A stretch of DNA of 47,186 nucleotides from Nitrospinota bacterium (GCA_015229165.1 JADGCD010000002.1:1-47186), one strand, 5' to 3'. Numbered from the stretch's first letter, positions 27,726-36,010 are shown. The notes: generated by a model not told the origin, from the letters alone. Numbers and translations are program-made.

Positions 27726-28439
27726 TCAGGCCGCCGCTTTCGGCTCGTGGACTTCCACGATCTCCGAGAGCATGTATTTCTGGTTCCCCACGGTGACGTA
27801 GGCCACGCCGCCGTCGTAACTGACCCCGGTGGCGATCCCCCGGGTGTAGGTGGAGACGTCCATCAGGTTCCCGGCGCTGTCGTTGGCCAGCACGGTGTAG
27901 GTGTACAGACCGTCGGGCAGCGTCGAACCGTCGTCGGCGGTCCCGTCCCAGGCGACGGTGTTCTTCCCTGCGGGAAGCGATCCCTTGTCGATGGTGCGGA
28001 CCACGTTCCCGGCGGCGTCTTCGACGATGATCTTGGCGCCGCTGGCGGTGTCGGGGATTTCGAAGGTCACGTCGGCCCCCTGTCCCCCCTTGACGTAGAC
28101 GTTGTGCCCCTGGGCGGTCACTTCCTTGCCGATCAGGTTGATGGCCTGGGAGGTGTTGGCCGAGTTGACGGCGGAGGTCATCAGCCCCATGGCGTCGTTG
28201 ATCCCCATGAGCTGTTCGAGGCTGGAGAACTGGGCCATCTGCGAAGTGAACTGGCTGTTGTCCACCGGGTTGGTGGGGTCCTGGTTCTTGAGCTGGGCCA
28301 CCAGCAGGGTCAGGAACTGGTCCTTGCCCATGGCGCCCACTTTGGCGGCGACCGACTGGCTGCTGGCGGCGGCCGTGGAGGTGGCCCCGGCGCCGGTGGC
28401 GGCGCTGTCGGTGGCGGACATGGTGTTTTGCGCGATCAT
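27726..28439 (-). CDS. flgD: flagellar hook capping/assembly protein FlgD
   Basis: A 237-aa protein from MIAQNTMSATD (ATG at 28437-28439, with a GGGAGAGAG SD). It contains KDQFLTLLVAQLKNQDPTNPVDNSQFTSQMAQFSSLEQ. Confidence 0.93.
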   Translation of the reverse strand: MIAQNTMSATDSAATGAGATSTAAASSQSVAAKVGAMGKDQFLTLLVAQLKNQDPTNPVDNSQFTSQMAQFSSLEQLMGINDAMGLMTSAVNSANTSQAINLIGKEVTAQGHNVYVKGGQGADVTFEIPDTASGAKIIVEDAAGNVVRTIDKGSLPAGKNTVAWDGTADDGSTLPDGLYTYTVLANDSAGNLMDVSTYTRGIATGVSYDGGVAYVTVGNQKYMLSEIVEVHEPKAAA

Positions 28440-28452
28440 GATGCTCTCTCCC

Positions 28453-30042
28453 TTACGCCACGATCGACAGAAGCCCTTCGTGCCGCGGATCGCGGCCCGA
28501 GGGGGCGTTGGCTTCATCGGTTTCAATGGTCGACGCGGCGTCGGCGCCCCGGTTCCGCCCGGCGCCGTGGGCGCCGTTGCGTCCGTCGGCCTGGGCCTGT
28601 CCGAAGGCCATTCCCTGCCGCTCGTCGGCGGTGACGACGGTCAGTTCGTCGACCTTCATCCCGGCGTTGGAAAGCTGCTGGCGCAGCTGGTCGAGGTTGC
28701 GTTCGATGGCCGCTTTCACTTCGGGGCTCTCGGCCACCATGATGGCTTTCACGGAGTCGTCTTTCACCATCACCCGCATGTCGATCTTCCCGAGATGGGG
28801 GGGGTCGAGCCGCATGGTCATCTGGGAGGCGCCGTTGGGGCGGAAGCCGATCCGGGCTTTCTCGACCACCTGCGCCATCACCAGCCGCTCGAAATCGCGC
28901 CGGGGGGCGGCGGCCCGCTCGCTCTTCTCCAGCGCTTCGGCGGAGGCGGCCTCCCCTTTGGCGGCGGTGTTGGCGACACCGGTGGTGTCGGTCGATCCGG
29001 CGCGGGGAGCGGCGGCGCTCCCCTTGTCGGCGGAGGCGGCGGCGGCGGCCGGAGCGGTCACAAGCTTCCCGGCGGCCTCCTGCTCGGCGCCCTTGGCGGC
29101 CTGTTCGGCGGCGGGCGTCTGGGGAGCGGCGGCCTGCGTCTTGGCGGCGGCTTTCTCTTTCGACCCGTCAAGGGCGGCTTCCTTCATGGCGGCCCGCGAC
29201 TCGGTGTCGGCCAGCGAGGAGACCATCCCTTCCGGGCGGGCCTCTTTTTTCGATTCGGGGTTCCCCTGACCCTGCTGATCCTTGGGCGTGTCGGTCGACT
29301 GCTCCTGCCGGGCTTCCTGCGGGCGAACCTCGGCGGTCGGCTGTTTGGCGGAGGCGTTCTCCTGCCGGACTTCCTGCGGGCGGGCTTCGGCGACGGGGGC
29401 CTTGACCGTTTCGGTCTCGACCTCGTCCTGCGCCAGCTCGGCGTTCCCGCCGACGTTGTCGATGGCGACCGCATCATCCTTACCGGTGAGAACCAAAAGG
29501 CTCTGGGCGGTCTGGGCCAGATCCCCCTGGGCCAGTCCGTTTTTCAGCTCTTCGGAGACGGCCACATCCAGATTCATCGACTGGGCGAACTGGCCGATCT
29601 CCTCGCCGGTGAATCCGAGCTGGGTCAGGAAGTCGTTCATGCTCATCTGCCCGGCCTGCTCCATGAGAGCGGCGTAGGCGTCGGGGTTCTCGGCCTTGAG
29701 CTGGTCGAGACGGGCCATGATCTTGGCGGCCATGGCGTCGGCGGAAAGGGCCGGTTTCTCTTCGGCGTCCCGATCGTCCTGGGAGGCGCTTTCGGCTTTC
29801 TGCGACTTGTCGCTCTTGACGGCCCGCTGGTCGTCGCCCCGGTCGTCGTCGGTCTCTTTGGCTTCAGGGCGGGGGGAGGAGGTTTCCCGGGGCGTAACGT
29901 TCTGGTCGTTCTTCTGGACGGAGGCGAAGATTGCGGCGAAAGACTGATCGGCGACGGCGCCTTGGGCGGCCCCACCGGCGAAAGAGCCGACAACGCCACG
30001 GGCGGCGCCAGCCAGCAGGTCGGTCATCAGCGATTCGATCAT
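28453..30042 (-). CDS. fliK: flagellar hook-length control protein FliK
   Basis: A 529-aa protein from MIESLMTDLL (ATG at 30040-30042, with a GGAGAA SD). It has a low-complexity Ala/Glu/Gln/Pro-rich centre and a C-terminal Flg_hook domain (MRLDPPHLGKIDMRVMV...LRQQLSNAGMKV). Confidence 0.85.
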   Translation of the reverse strand: MIESLMTDLLAGAARGVVGSFAGGAAQGAVADQSFAAIFASVQKNDQNVTPRETSSPRPEAKETDDDRGDDQRAVKSDKSQKAESASQDDRDAEEKPALSADAMAAKIMARLDQLKAENPDAYAALMEQAGQMSMNDFLTQLGFTGEEIGQFAQSMNLDVAVSEELKNGLAQGDLAQTAQSLLVLTGKDDAVAIDNVGGNAELAQDEVETETVKAPVAEARPQEVRQENASAKQPTAEVRPQEARQEQSTDTPKDQQGQGNPESKKEARPEGMVSSLADTESRAAMKEAALDGSKEKAAAKTQAAAPQTPAAEQAAKGAEQEAAGKLVTAPAAAAASADKGSAAAPRAGSTDTTGVANTAAKGEAASAEALEKSERAAAPRRDFERLVMAQVVEKARIGFRPNGASQMTMRLDPPHLGKIDMRVMVKDDSVKAIMVAESPEVKAAIERNLDQLRQQLSNAGMKVDELTVVTADERQGMAFGQAQADGRNGAHGAGRNRGADAASTIETDEANAPSGRDPRHEGLLSIVA

Positions 30043-30082
30043 GGTATTCTCCGCTTCCGTGGTATCTGTTCGTTTGGACAAC

Positions 30083-30097
30083 CGTATCCATAACAAG
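30083..30097 (-). promoter_or_regulatory. candidate sigma54 (-24/-12) promoter for fliK-flgD-flgE
   Basis: On the minus strand: TGGCAC-AGCCC-TTGT. The spacing is canonical, but the -12 element reads GT rather than GC. It lies about 40 nt upstream of the fliK ATG. Confidence 0.4.
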
Positions 30098-30317
30098 GGC
30101 TGTGCCAAAATAGATGAGCGCATGCAATGTAAATAAAATCAACTATATACATTTGCCATGTCGCCTAAAGTTTTCCCGCCAACCTGCCGACGGGGCAAGA
30201 ATGAACCGCTTCTTTCCATTCCGCTTTGGGAGACAAGGCATTTTTTTCCCACACGGCGCTTTCTCGCAATCCGCTATGGGGAAATGGGGGCGCCCCCCTT
30301 CCTAACCGGAAGAATAC

Positions 30318-30347
30318 TTGACAATATCGCTAAGGTTTCCTTACTAT
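30318..30347 (+). promoter_or_regulatory. candidate sigma70 promoter of the sulfur-carrier operon
   Basis: TTGACA (30318-30323), an 18-nt spacer, then TACTAT (30342-30347). This leaves a leader of about 165 nt before the thrC-like GTG. Confidence 0.35.
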
Positions 30348-30521
30348 CGATTCAAACAACGGTGGTTTTCGGGACAATACGAAAAGCGCCGGGGTTTGTC
30401 CGGCTGGCGCTTTCATAAATACGACCGGATTAGTCTGAATTGGCGACGATGTTCTTTATAGAGAGGGCTCTTTGAACATGACCGACGTATCGACCATCGG
30501 GCCGACGCCCCGGAGGAAGCC

Positions 30522-31763
30522 GTGAGCTTCGTTCTCGGCCTCAAATGCCGCGAGTGCGGCCGCGAATATCAGCAGGAGCCGATCCACGTCTGCGAATTCT
30601 GCTTCGGCCCCCTGGAGGTGCGCTACGACTACGCCGCCATCGGCCGCTCCATCAGCCGGGAGGCGATCACCAAACGGCCCGCGTCGATGTGGCGCTACCG
30701 GGAGCTGATCCCCATCGACCGCGACCCGGTGGTGGGGCTGGACAACGGCTTCACGCCGCTGGTCCACGCGAAGAACCTGGGGCGCCTTCTCGGCATGCCG
30801 AACCTCTACATAAAGAACGACGCGGTCTGCCATCCGACCCTCTCTTTTAAAGACCGGGTGGTGGCGGCGGCGGTGAACAAGGCGATGGAGTTCGGCTACG
30901 ACACGGTGGCCTGCGCCTCGACGGGGAACCTGGCCAACTCGGTGGCGGCCCACGCGGCGGCGGCGGGGATGAAGGCTTACATCTTCATCCCGTCGGATCT
31001 CGAAGCGGGGAAGGTGTTGGGCTCGTCGATCTACGAACCGAACATCCTCGGCATTGACGGTAGCTACGACGACGTGAACCGCTTCTGCTCGGAGGTGGCG
31101 GCGGTCTACAAGTGGGCGTTCGTGAACATCAACATCCGCCCCTTCTACGGCGACGGGTCGAAGACCTACGGCTACGAGATCGCCGAGCAACTCGGCTGGA
31201 GGGCGCCCGACGCCTACATCTCGCCGGTGGCCGGGTCGAGCCTGATTACGAAGATCTACAAGGCGTTCAAGGAATTCGAACAGCTCGGGCTTCTCGAAGA
31301 CGAGGTAAAGACCAAAGTCTACGCGGCGCAGGCCACCGGATGCTCGCCGGTGACGACGGCCATCAAGGCGGGGAAGACGGAGTTCACCCCGGTGAAACCG
31401 AACACCATCGCCAAGTCGATCGCCATCGGGAACCCGGCGGACGGCTACTACGGCATCAAGGTGGTCAACAGCACCGGCGGCTGGGGCGAAGACGTGACCG
31501 ACAACGAGGTGATCGAAGGAATGCGGCTCCTGGCCCGGACAGAGGGGATCTTCACCGAAACGGCAGGGGGCGTGACGGTGGCGGTCACCAAGAAGCTGCT
31601 CGAACAGGGGAAGCTCGACCCGGAAGGGGTCACGGTGATCGCCATCACCGGGCAGGGGCTGAAAACCCGCGAGGCGGTGGCGGATCTGCTGACGCCGCCG
31701 ACGATCATCGAACCGAAACTGGGCGCTTTCGAGGCGACCATGAAAAAAAACCGGTGGCAGTAA
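30522..31763 (+). CDS. threonine synthase-family PLP enzyme with an N-terminal Zn-ribbon
   Basis: A 413-aa protein with a GTG start preceded by GGAGGAAG. It has CRECG...CEFCFG and the PLP-lysine motif HPTLSFKDR. Whether it is a true ThrC or a sulfur-carrier-dependent homocysteine-forming homologue cannot be decided from the sequence alone. Confidence 0.88.
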   Translation: MSFVLGLKCRECGREYQQEPIHVCEFCFGPLEVRYDYAAIGRSISREAITKRPASMWRYRELIPIDRDPVVGLDNGFTPLVHAKNLGRLLGMPNLYIKNDAVCHPTLSFKDRVVAAAVNKAMEFGYDTVACASTGNLANSVAAHAAAAGMKAYIFIPSDLEAGKVLGSSIYEPNILGIDGSYDDVNRFCSEVAAVYKWAFVNINIRPFYGDGSKTYGYEIAEQLGWRAPDAYISPVAGSSLITKIYKAFKEFEQLGLLEDEVKTKVYAAQATGCSPVTTAIKAGKTEFTPVKPNTIAKSIAIGNPADGYYGIKVVNSTGGWGEDVTDNEVIEGMRLLARTEGIFTETAGGVTVAVTKKLLEQGKLDPEGVTVIAITGQGLKTREAVADLLTPPTIIEPKLGAFEATMKKNRWQ

Positions 31764-31791
31764 AGCCGACCACGAAGGAGATGTACAAGAC

Positions 31792-32097
31792 ATGGCGACC
31801 GTGAAGGTGCGGATTCCCACCCCGTTGCAGAAGTTGACCAAAGGGGTCGGTGAGGTGCAGGGGAACGGCGGGACGATCAAGGAGGTGTTCGGCGATCTGG
31901 AGGCCCAGTTTCCCGGCATCCGCTCGCGGCTGTACGACGAGGAGGGGAACCTTCGACGCTTCATCAACGTGTATGTGAACGAAGAGGATATCCGCTTCCT
32001 TGAAGGGGAAGCGACCGGCCTGAAGGACGGGGACGACATATCGGTGATCCCGGCCATCGCCGGCGGCGCCCCTACGCGGGGCGGCGAGCTCCGCTGA
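31792..32097 (+). CDS. MoaD/ThiS-family sulfur-carrier protein, CysO-like, with a 9-residue tail after the Gly-Gly
   Basis: A 101-aa protein. ...RFINVYVNEEDIRFLEGEATGLKDGDDISVIPAIAGG-APTRGGELR. The core closely recalls M. tuberculosis CysO (RFVNIYVNDEDVRF...ILPAVAGG). Confidence 0.85.
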   Translation: MATVKVRIPTPLQKLTKGVGEVQGNGGTIKEVFGDLEAQFPGIRSRLYDEEGNLRRFINVYVNEEDIRFLEGEATGLKDGDDISVIPAIAGGAPTRGGELR

Positions 32098-32283
32098 CGC
32101 GCCCGGCAAGGCGCCGGGTGCGCCGGTTCCCCTGACGGGAACTATGCGGCCCCCTTGTTAGTCGCGGCAGGTCTATCTTCGCCACACCTGCCCGGCATTG
32201 ATAAAGCGACAGGAAAAAATCCTTTCGCGACAGTGAGATCGAATCGCCATCAAGGCGGTTGACGTTAAACGTGAGGCTTTGAC

Positions 32284-33114
32284 ATGGACTTCACCGAAGA
32301 CCAGATTCATCGGTATGCGCGGCATATCATCCTCCCCGAAGTGGGGGGGGTCGGGCAGCAGAAGCTGCTCGACGCGAAAGTCCTCTGCCTCGGGGCGGGG
32401 GGGCTCGGGTCGCCGATCCTGCAATACCTCGCGGCGGCGGGGGTGGGAACCATCGGCGTGGCCGATTTCGACACCGTCGACATGAGCAACCTGCAGCGGC
32501 AGATCATCCACAACTCCGACCGGGTGGGGATGCTCAAGGTCGATTCCGCCAAGGAGTTCATCGCCAAGCTGAACCCCGACGTCAACGTCATCACCTTCAA
32601 CACCCACCTGAACGCCAGCAACGCCGAAGAGATCATCGGCCAGTTCGACATCGTGGTGGACGGGTGCGACAACTTCCCCACCCGCTATCTGGTCAACGAC
32701 GTCTGCGTCTTCCAGAACAAGCCCAACGTCCACGGCTCCATCTTCCGCTTCGACGGACAGGTGACGGTGTTCAAGCCGAAAGTCGGCCCCTGCTACCGCT
32801 GCCTCTACCCCGAGCCGCCCCCTCCCGGCATGGTTCCGTCGTGCCAGGAGGGGGGGGTGCTGGGCGTCCTTCCCGGCGTCATCGGCTGCCTGCAAGCGGT
32901 GGAGACGATCAAGCTGATCCTCGGCAAAGGGGATGCGCTGGTCGGGAAGCTTCTGCTGTACAACGCCATGGGGGCCGAAGTGCGAAAGCTGAACATCCGG
33001 CGCGACGTCACCTGCCCGGTCTGCGGCGACCACCCGACCATCACCGAGCTGATTGACTACGAGCAGTTCTGCGGCGTCCCGGCGGTGGAAGCCCCCCACG
33101 GCGAGAGTTGCTGA
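32284..33114 (+). CDS. MoeB/ThiF/HesA-family E1-like adenylyltransferase (no rhodanese domain)
   Basis: A 276-aa protein with RYARHIILPEVGGVGQQKL, the nucleotide loop GAGGLGSP, and the Zn site CYRC...CPVCG. It ends about 25 aa after the Zn site. Confidence 0.9.
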   Translation: MDFTEDQIHRYARHIILPEVGGVGQQKLLDAKVLCLGAGGLGSPILQYLAAAGVGTIGVADFDTVDMSNLQRQIIHNSDRVGMLKVDSAKEFIAKLNPDVNVITFNTHLNASNAEEIIGQFDIVVDGCDNFPTRYLVNDVCVFQNKPNVHGSIFRFDGQVTVFKPKVGPCYRCLYPEPPPPGMVPSCQEGGVLGVLPGVIGCLQAVETIKLILGKGDALVGKLLLYNAMGAEVRKLNIRRDVTCPVCGDHPTITELIDYEQFCGVPAVEAPHGESC

Positions 33115-33419
33115 TGCGCCTCACCATCACCCTACAGTCCGGGCGGGCGAGCCTGCACGTCAACAGCGTGGTCAGGCTGGCCAAAGCCGCCCGGACCAAG
33201 GGGCACGCGGTCACGATCTTCCTCATGGCCGACGGCGTCACCTGTCTGGCCGAACCGTCGCTGTTGGCGCTGGCGGGGGAGGGGGTCGTCCTCTCGGTCT
33301 GCGAACATAACCGAAGCCAGTACGAAGCCCCGGCCGGGATCGAAACCGTCCGTTACGAGAGCCAGTACGAATTCGCCGGCTTCGTGGCGGACGCCGACCG
33401 GACCGTCGGGTTCTTTTAG
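33114..33419 (+). CDS. DsrE/TusD-family small sulfur-relay protein
   Basis: A 101-aa protein from MRLTITLQSG. Its ATG overlaps the moeB-like stop as TGATG. It has a conserved-looking Cys in VLSVCEHN and ends ...VGFF. Confidence 0.65.
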   Translation: MRLTITLQSGRASLHVNSVVRLAKAARTKGHAVTIFLMADGVTCLAEPSLLALAGEGVVLSVCEHNRSQYEAPAGIETVRYESQYEFAGFVADADRTVGFF

Positions 33420-33464
33420 GAACCGTCTCTACCGGAGGCGAACGGTGGGAACGAGTAGACGGTC

Positions 33465-33594
33465 TTGGCCGACTGACACCTGCGCGGGCGAAGAACGCGC
33501 CTGGTCGACAACGTCAGGAAAAGGACACCCGCAGGGTGTTGGCCGACTGATACCTGCGCGGGCGAAGAACGCGCTTGGCAGATAACGTTAGGAA
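33465..33594 (+). repeat. two copies of a 56-nt element (50/56 identical) inside the operon, separated by a small hairpin
   Basis: Copy 1 at 33465-33520 and copy 2 at 33539-33594. Both read TTGGCCGACTGA(C/T)ACCTGCGCGGGCGAAGAACGCGC(C/T)TGG...AACGT(C/T)AGGAA. Each contains a GCGCG-N9-CGCGC stem. The spacer carries CACCC-GCA-GGGTG. Confidence 0.85.
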
Positions 33595-33603
33595 GCTAAA
33601 AAC

Positions 33604-33945
33604 GTGGGCGAGCGAAAAATCACCGTCGTCATCAGCGAATGCCCCTCGCCGCTGGTGGCCGAGCGGTTGCGGATGGGGGTGGGGCTGACGCTTGAAGACG
33701 GCAACAAGGTGCGCATTCTCTTCACTGACGGAGGGATTTACGCCGTCTCCGGCATCGACCGGGAGCGGGGCCGGTTCGACCTCGACCGGCATCTGGAGAT
33801 GTTCAACCTCATGGAGCTGCCGGTCTACTTTCACGCCCCCTCGGCCGCGGCCCGGGGGATCGCCATCGACCGGAAAGGGTTCGCCCCCGTCGACGACGAC
33901 GGCGCCGCCGCCCTGCTGCGGGAGAGCGACGTGGTTCTCGGTTGA
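33604..33945 (+). CDS. DsrF/TusC-like (DsrE/F family) protein
   Basis: A 113-aa protein with a GTG start, reading KITVVISECPSPLVAERLRMGVGLTLEDGNKVRILFTDGGIY... The size and pattern fit the DsrE/F family. Confidence 0.6.
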   Translation: MGERKITVVISECPSPLVAERLRMGVGLTLEDGNKVRILFTDGGIYAVSGIDRERGRFDLDRHLEMFNLMELPVYFHAPSAAARGIAIDRKGFAPVDDDGAAALLRESDVVLG

Positions 33946-33983
33946 GAGCCGCTCCCCCCAAACGAGCTGACAGGAGAAACTGA

Positions 33984-34958
33984 GTGGAAAAGATCATCCA
34001 GGGCCCCCGGTTGGCGGAGAGCGCCCGGGTCCGGTCGGAAGACCTGAACGAGAGCATCCTGCAAAAGATCGGGAGCACGCCGCTGCTCGATTTCAGCAAG
34101 ATCGCCCGGAGCGAATGCCCCAACGTGGAGATCTACGCCAAGGCGGAGTGGTTCAACGCGGGGGGATCGGTAAAGGCCCGCCCCGCGCTGAACATGATCG
34201 AAGAAGGGGAGCGCGCCGGGAAACTCAAGCCGGGGATGACCATTCTCGACTCCACCTCCGGCAACACCGGCGTCGCCTACGCCCTCATCGGCATGGTGAA
34301 GGGGTACCACGTCAAGCTGGTGATGCCGCAAAACGTCTGCGGCGAGCGAAAGCAGCTCATGAGCGCCGCCTATCACGCGGAGATCGTCTATTCGTCGCCG
34401 CTGGAAGGGTCCGACGGGGCGATCCTGCTCTGCCGCGAGATCTACCGCCAGAACCCCGATCTCTACTTCTGGCCCGACCAGTACAACAACCCGGCCAACT
34501 GGCAGGCCCACTACAAGACCACCGCCGAAGAGATCTGGAGACAGACCGGCGGGAAGGTGACCCATTTTCTGGCGGGGCTTGGCACCTCCGGCACCGCCAT
34601 GGGAACCAGCCGGGGGCTGAAGGAGCGGTTCGACAAGGGGATCAAGTGCTACGGCATCGAACCGGCGGAGACCCTGCACGGTATCGAAGGGCTCAAGCAT
34701 ATGGACAGCTCCATCGTGCCGGGGATATACAATAAGGAAGAGCTGGACGGCATCGTCTCGGTGGCCACCGAGGAGGCCTACGAGATGACCGCCCGGATCC
34801 AGCGGGAATACGGCCTCAACGTCGGCACCTCCTCCGGCGCCGCCATCGCCGGGGCGGTGAAGCTGGGCAAGACCCTCACCGGAGGGGTGCTGGTGACGGT
34901 CCTCCCCGACTCGTGCGACTGCGAAGCCACCACCGGCGGCCATTGCGCCAAGGATTAG
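33984..34958 (+). CDS. cysM: cysteine synthase-family PLP enzyme (CysM/CysK-like)
   Basis: A 324-aa protein with a GTG start and AGGAG 7 nt upstream. Motifs: NAGGSVKARPA (PLP Lys), TSGNTG, GLGTSGT. Confidence 0.9.
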   Translation: MEKIIQGPRLAESARVRSEDLNESILQKIGSTPLLDFSKIARSECPNVEIYAKAEWFNAGGSVKARPALNMIEEGERAGKLKPGMTILDSTSGNTGVAYALIGMVKGYHVKLVMPQNVCGERKQLMSAAYHAEIVYSSPLEGSDGAILLCREIYRQNPDLYFWPDQYNNPANWQAHYKTTAEEIWRQTGGKVTHFLAGLGTSGTAMGTSRGLKERFDKGIKCYGIEPAETLHGIEGLKHMDSSIVPGIYNKEELDGIVSVATEEAYEMTARIQREYGLNVGTSSGAAIAGAVKLGKTLTGGVLVTVLPDSCDCEATTGGHCAKD

Positions 34959-34959
34959 C

Positions 34960-35235
34960 ATGAACGACACCCTCGTTTTGATCACCCGCCCGCTGGCGGA
35001 GGTTCCCGCCGCCAAACGGGCCGCTGCGCTGTCCGTGGCCGCCGAGGCGATCCTGCTCGAAAACGGGGTCTACACCACCGCCGCCGAGGCCCACGCGGCG
35101 GGGCTCGACGCCGCGACCCTCTGGGTCGTCACCGACGACGCCGACGCCCGCCGGGTCACCTCCCCCTTTCCCGGCGTCGGCTGGGACGGGGTGGTCGACG
35201 CCATCGAACGAAACCGCGCCGTCATCACGCTGTAA
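34960..35235 (+). CDS. DsrH/TusB-like protein
   Basis: A 91-aa protein with ...AILLENGVY... and a C-terminal ...AVITL. The size and motif fit TusB/DsrH. Confidence 0.55.
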   Translation: MNDTLVLITRPLAEVPAAKRAAALSVAAEAILLENGVYTTAAEAHAAGLDAATLWVVTDDADARRVTSPFPGVGWDGVVDAIERNRAVITL

Positions 35236-35246
35236 CGGAGGAGCCC

Positions 35247-35489
35247 ATGAGCATCGTCCCCGACCACGAAATCGACATCCGGGGGGAGCACTGCCCCTAC
35301 ACCTTCGTGAAATCGAAGCTGAAAATGGAGACGCTGGCGCCGGGGGAGGTGCTGCGCATCGTCACCGACCACGAACCGGCCACGAAAAACGTCCCCCGCT
35401 CCATGGAGAGCGAAGGGCACGAGATATTGCTCCACCCCCACAAGGTGAACGACACCGACTGGGAGTTCTTCGTCAAGAAAAACGGCTGA
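35247..35489 (+). CDS. TusA/SirA-like sulfurtransferase
   Basis: An 80-aa protein with DIRGEHCPYTFVKSKL (the Cys-Pro motif at the start of helix 1). Confidence 0.75.
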   Translation: MSIVPDHEIDIRGEHCPYTFVKSKLKMETLAPGEVLRIVTDHEPATKNVPRSMESEGHEILLHPHKVNDTDWEFFVKKNG

Positions 35490-35511
35490 GCCACCCGAGG
35501 AACACCGACCG

Positions 35512-36006
35512 ATGAGCCTTCGCTACTTCTCCGTCACCGGCAGCCCCGAGCTGATCAAGGAACCGGTCCTCTTCACCCTGGTCAAACGCCACGGCCTGAC
35601 GGTCAACGTCTACCGGGCCCACATCGACCAGGACAAGAGCTGGATCATCGTCTCCCTCGACGGGAGCGACGCCGCCGTCGACGCCGCCATCCTGGACATC
35701 ACCTGCCGGGGCGCCATCGCCGCCGAAGGGGGGATCGAGATGCTCGAAACCGGCGAGCCGACCCGGGTCATCACCCTGCGCGTCCGGCTCACCTTCCCCC
35801 CGTCGGAAGTGAAAAAGCCGGTCTTCACCGAGATCGTCCGCCGGTTCAACGTGGTCATCAACGTCCGCCGGGCCGCCATCAACAACGACCGGGGGTGGGC
35901 CGACTGGGAGATCGCCGGGCCGGTGGACGAGGTCGACGCCGCGCTGGCGGCGGTCCGTCAGACGGGGGTCGGGGTGGCGCCGGTCGAAGGGAACGTCATC
36001 GAGTAA
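35512..36006 (+). CDS. tandem NIL-domain protein
   Basis: A 164-aa protein with two similar halves: ...GLTVNVYRAHIDQDKSWIIVSLDGSDAAVDAAILDI... and ...RFNVVINVRRAAINNDRGWADWEIAGPVDEVDAALAAV.... These resemble the MetN C-terminal NIL fold. Confidence 0.6.
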   Translation: MSLRYFSVTGSPELIKEPVLFTLVKRHGLTVNVYRAHIDQDKSWIIVSLDGSDAAVDAAILDITCRGAIAAEGGIEMLETGEPTRVITLRVRLTFPPSEVKKPVFTEIVRRFNVVINVRRAAINNDRGWADWEIAGPVDEVDAALAAVRQTGVGVAPVEGNVIE

Positions 36007-36010
36007 CGCA

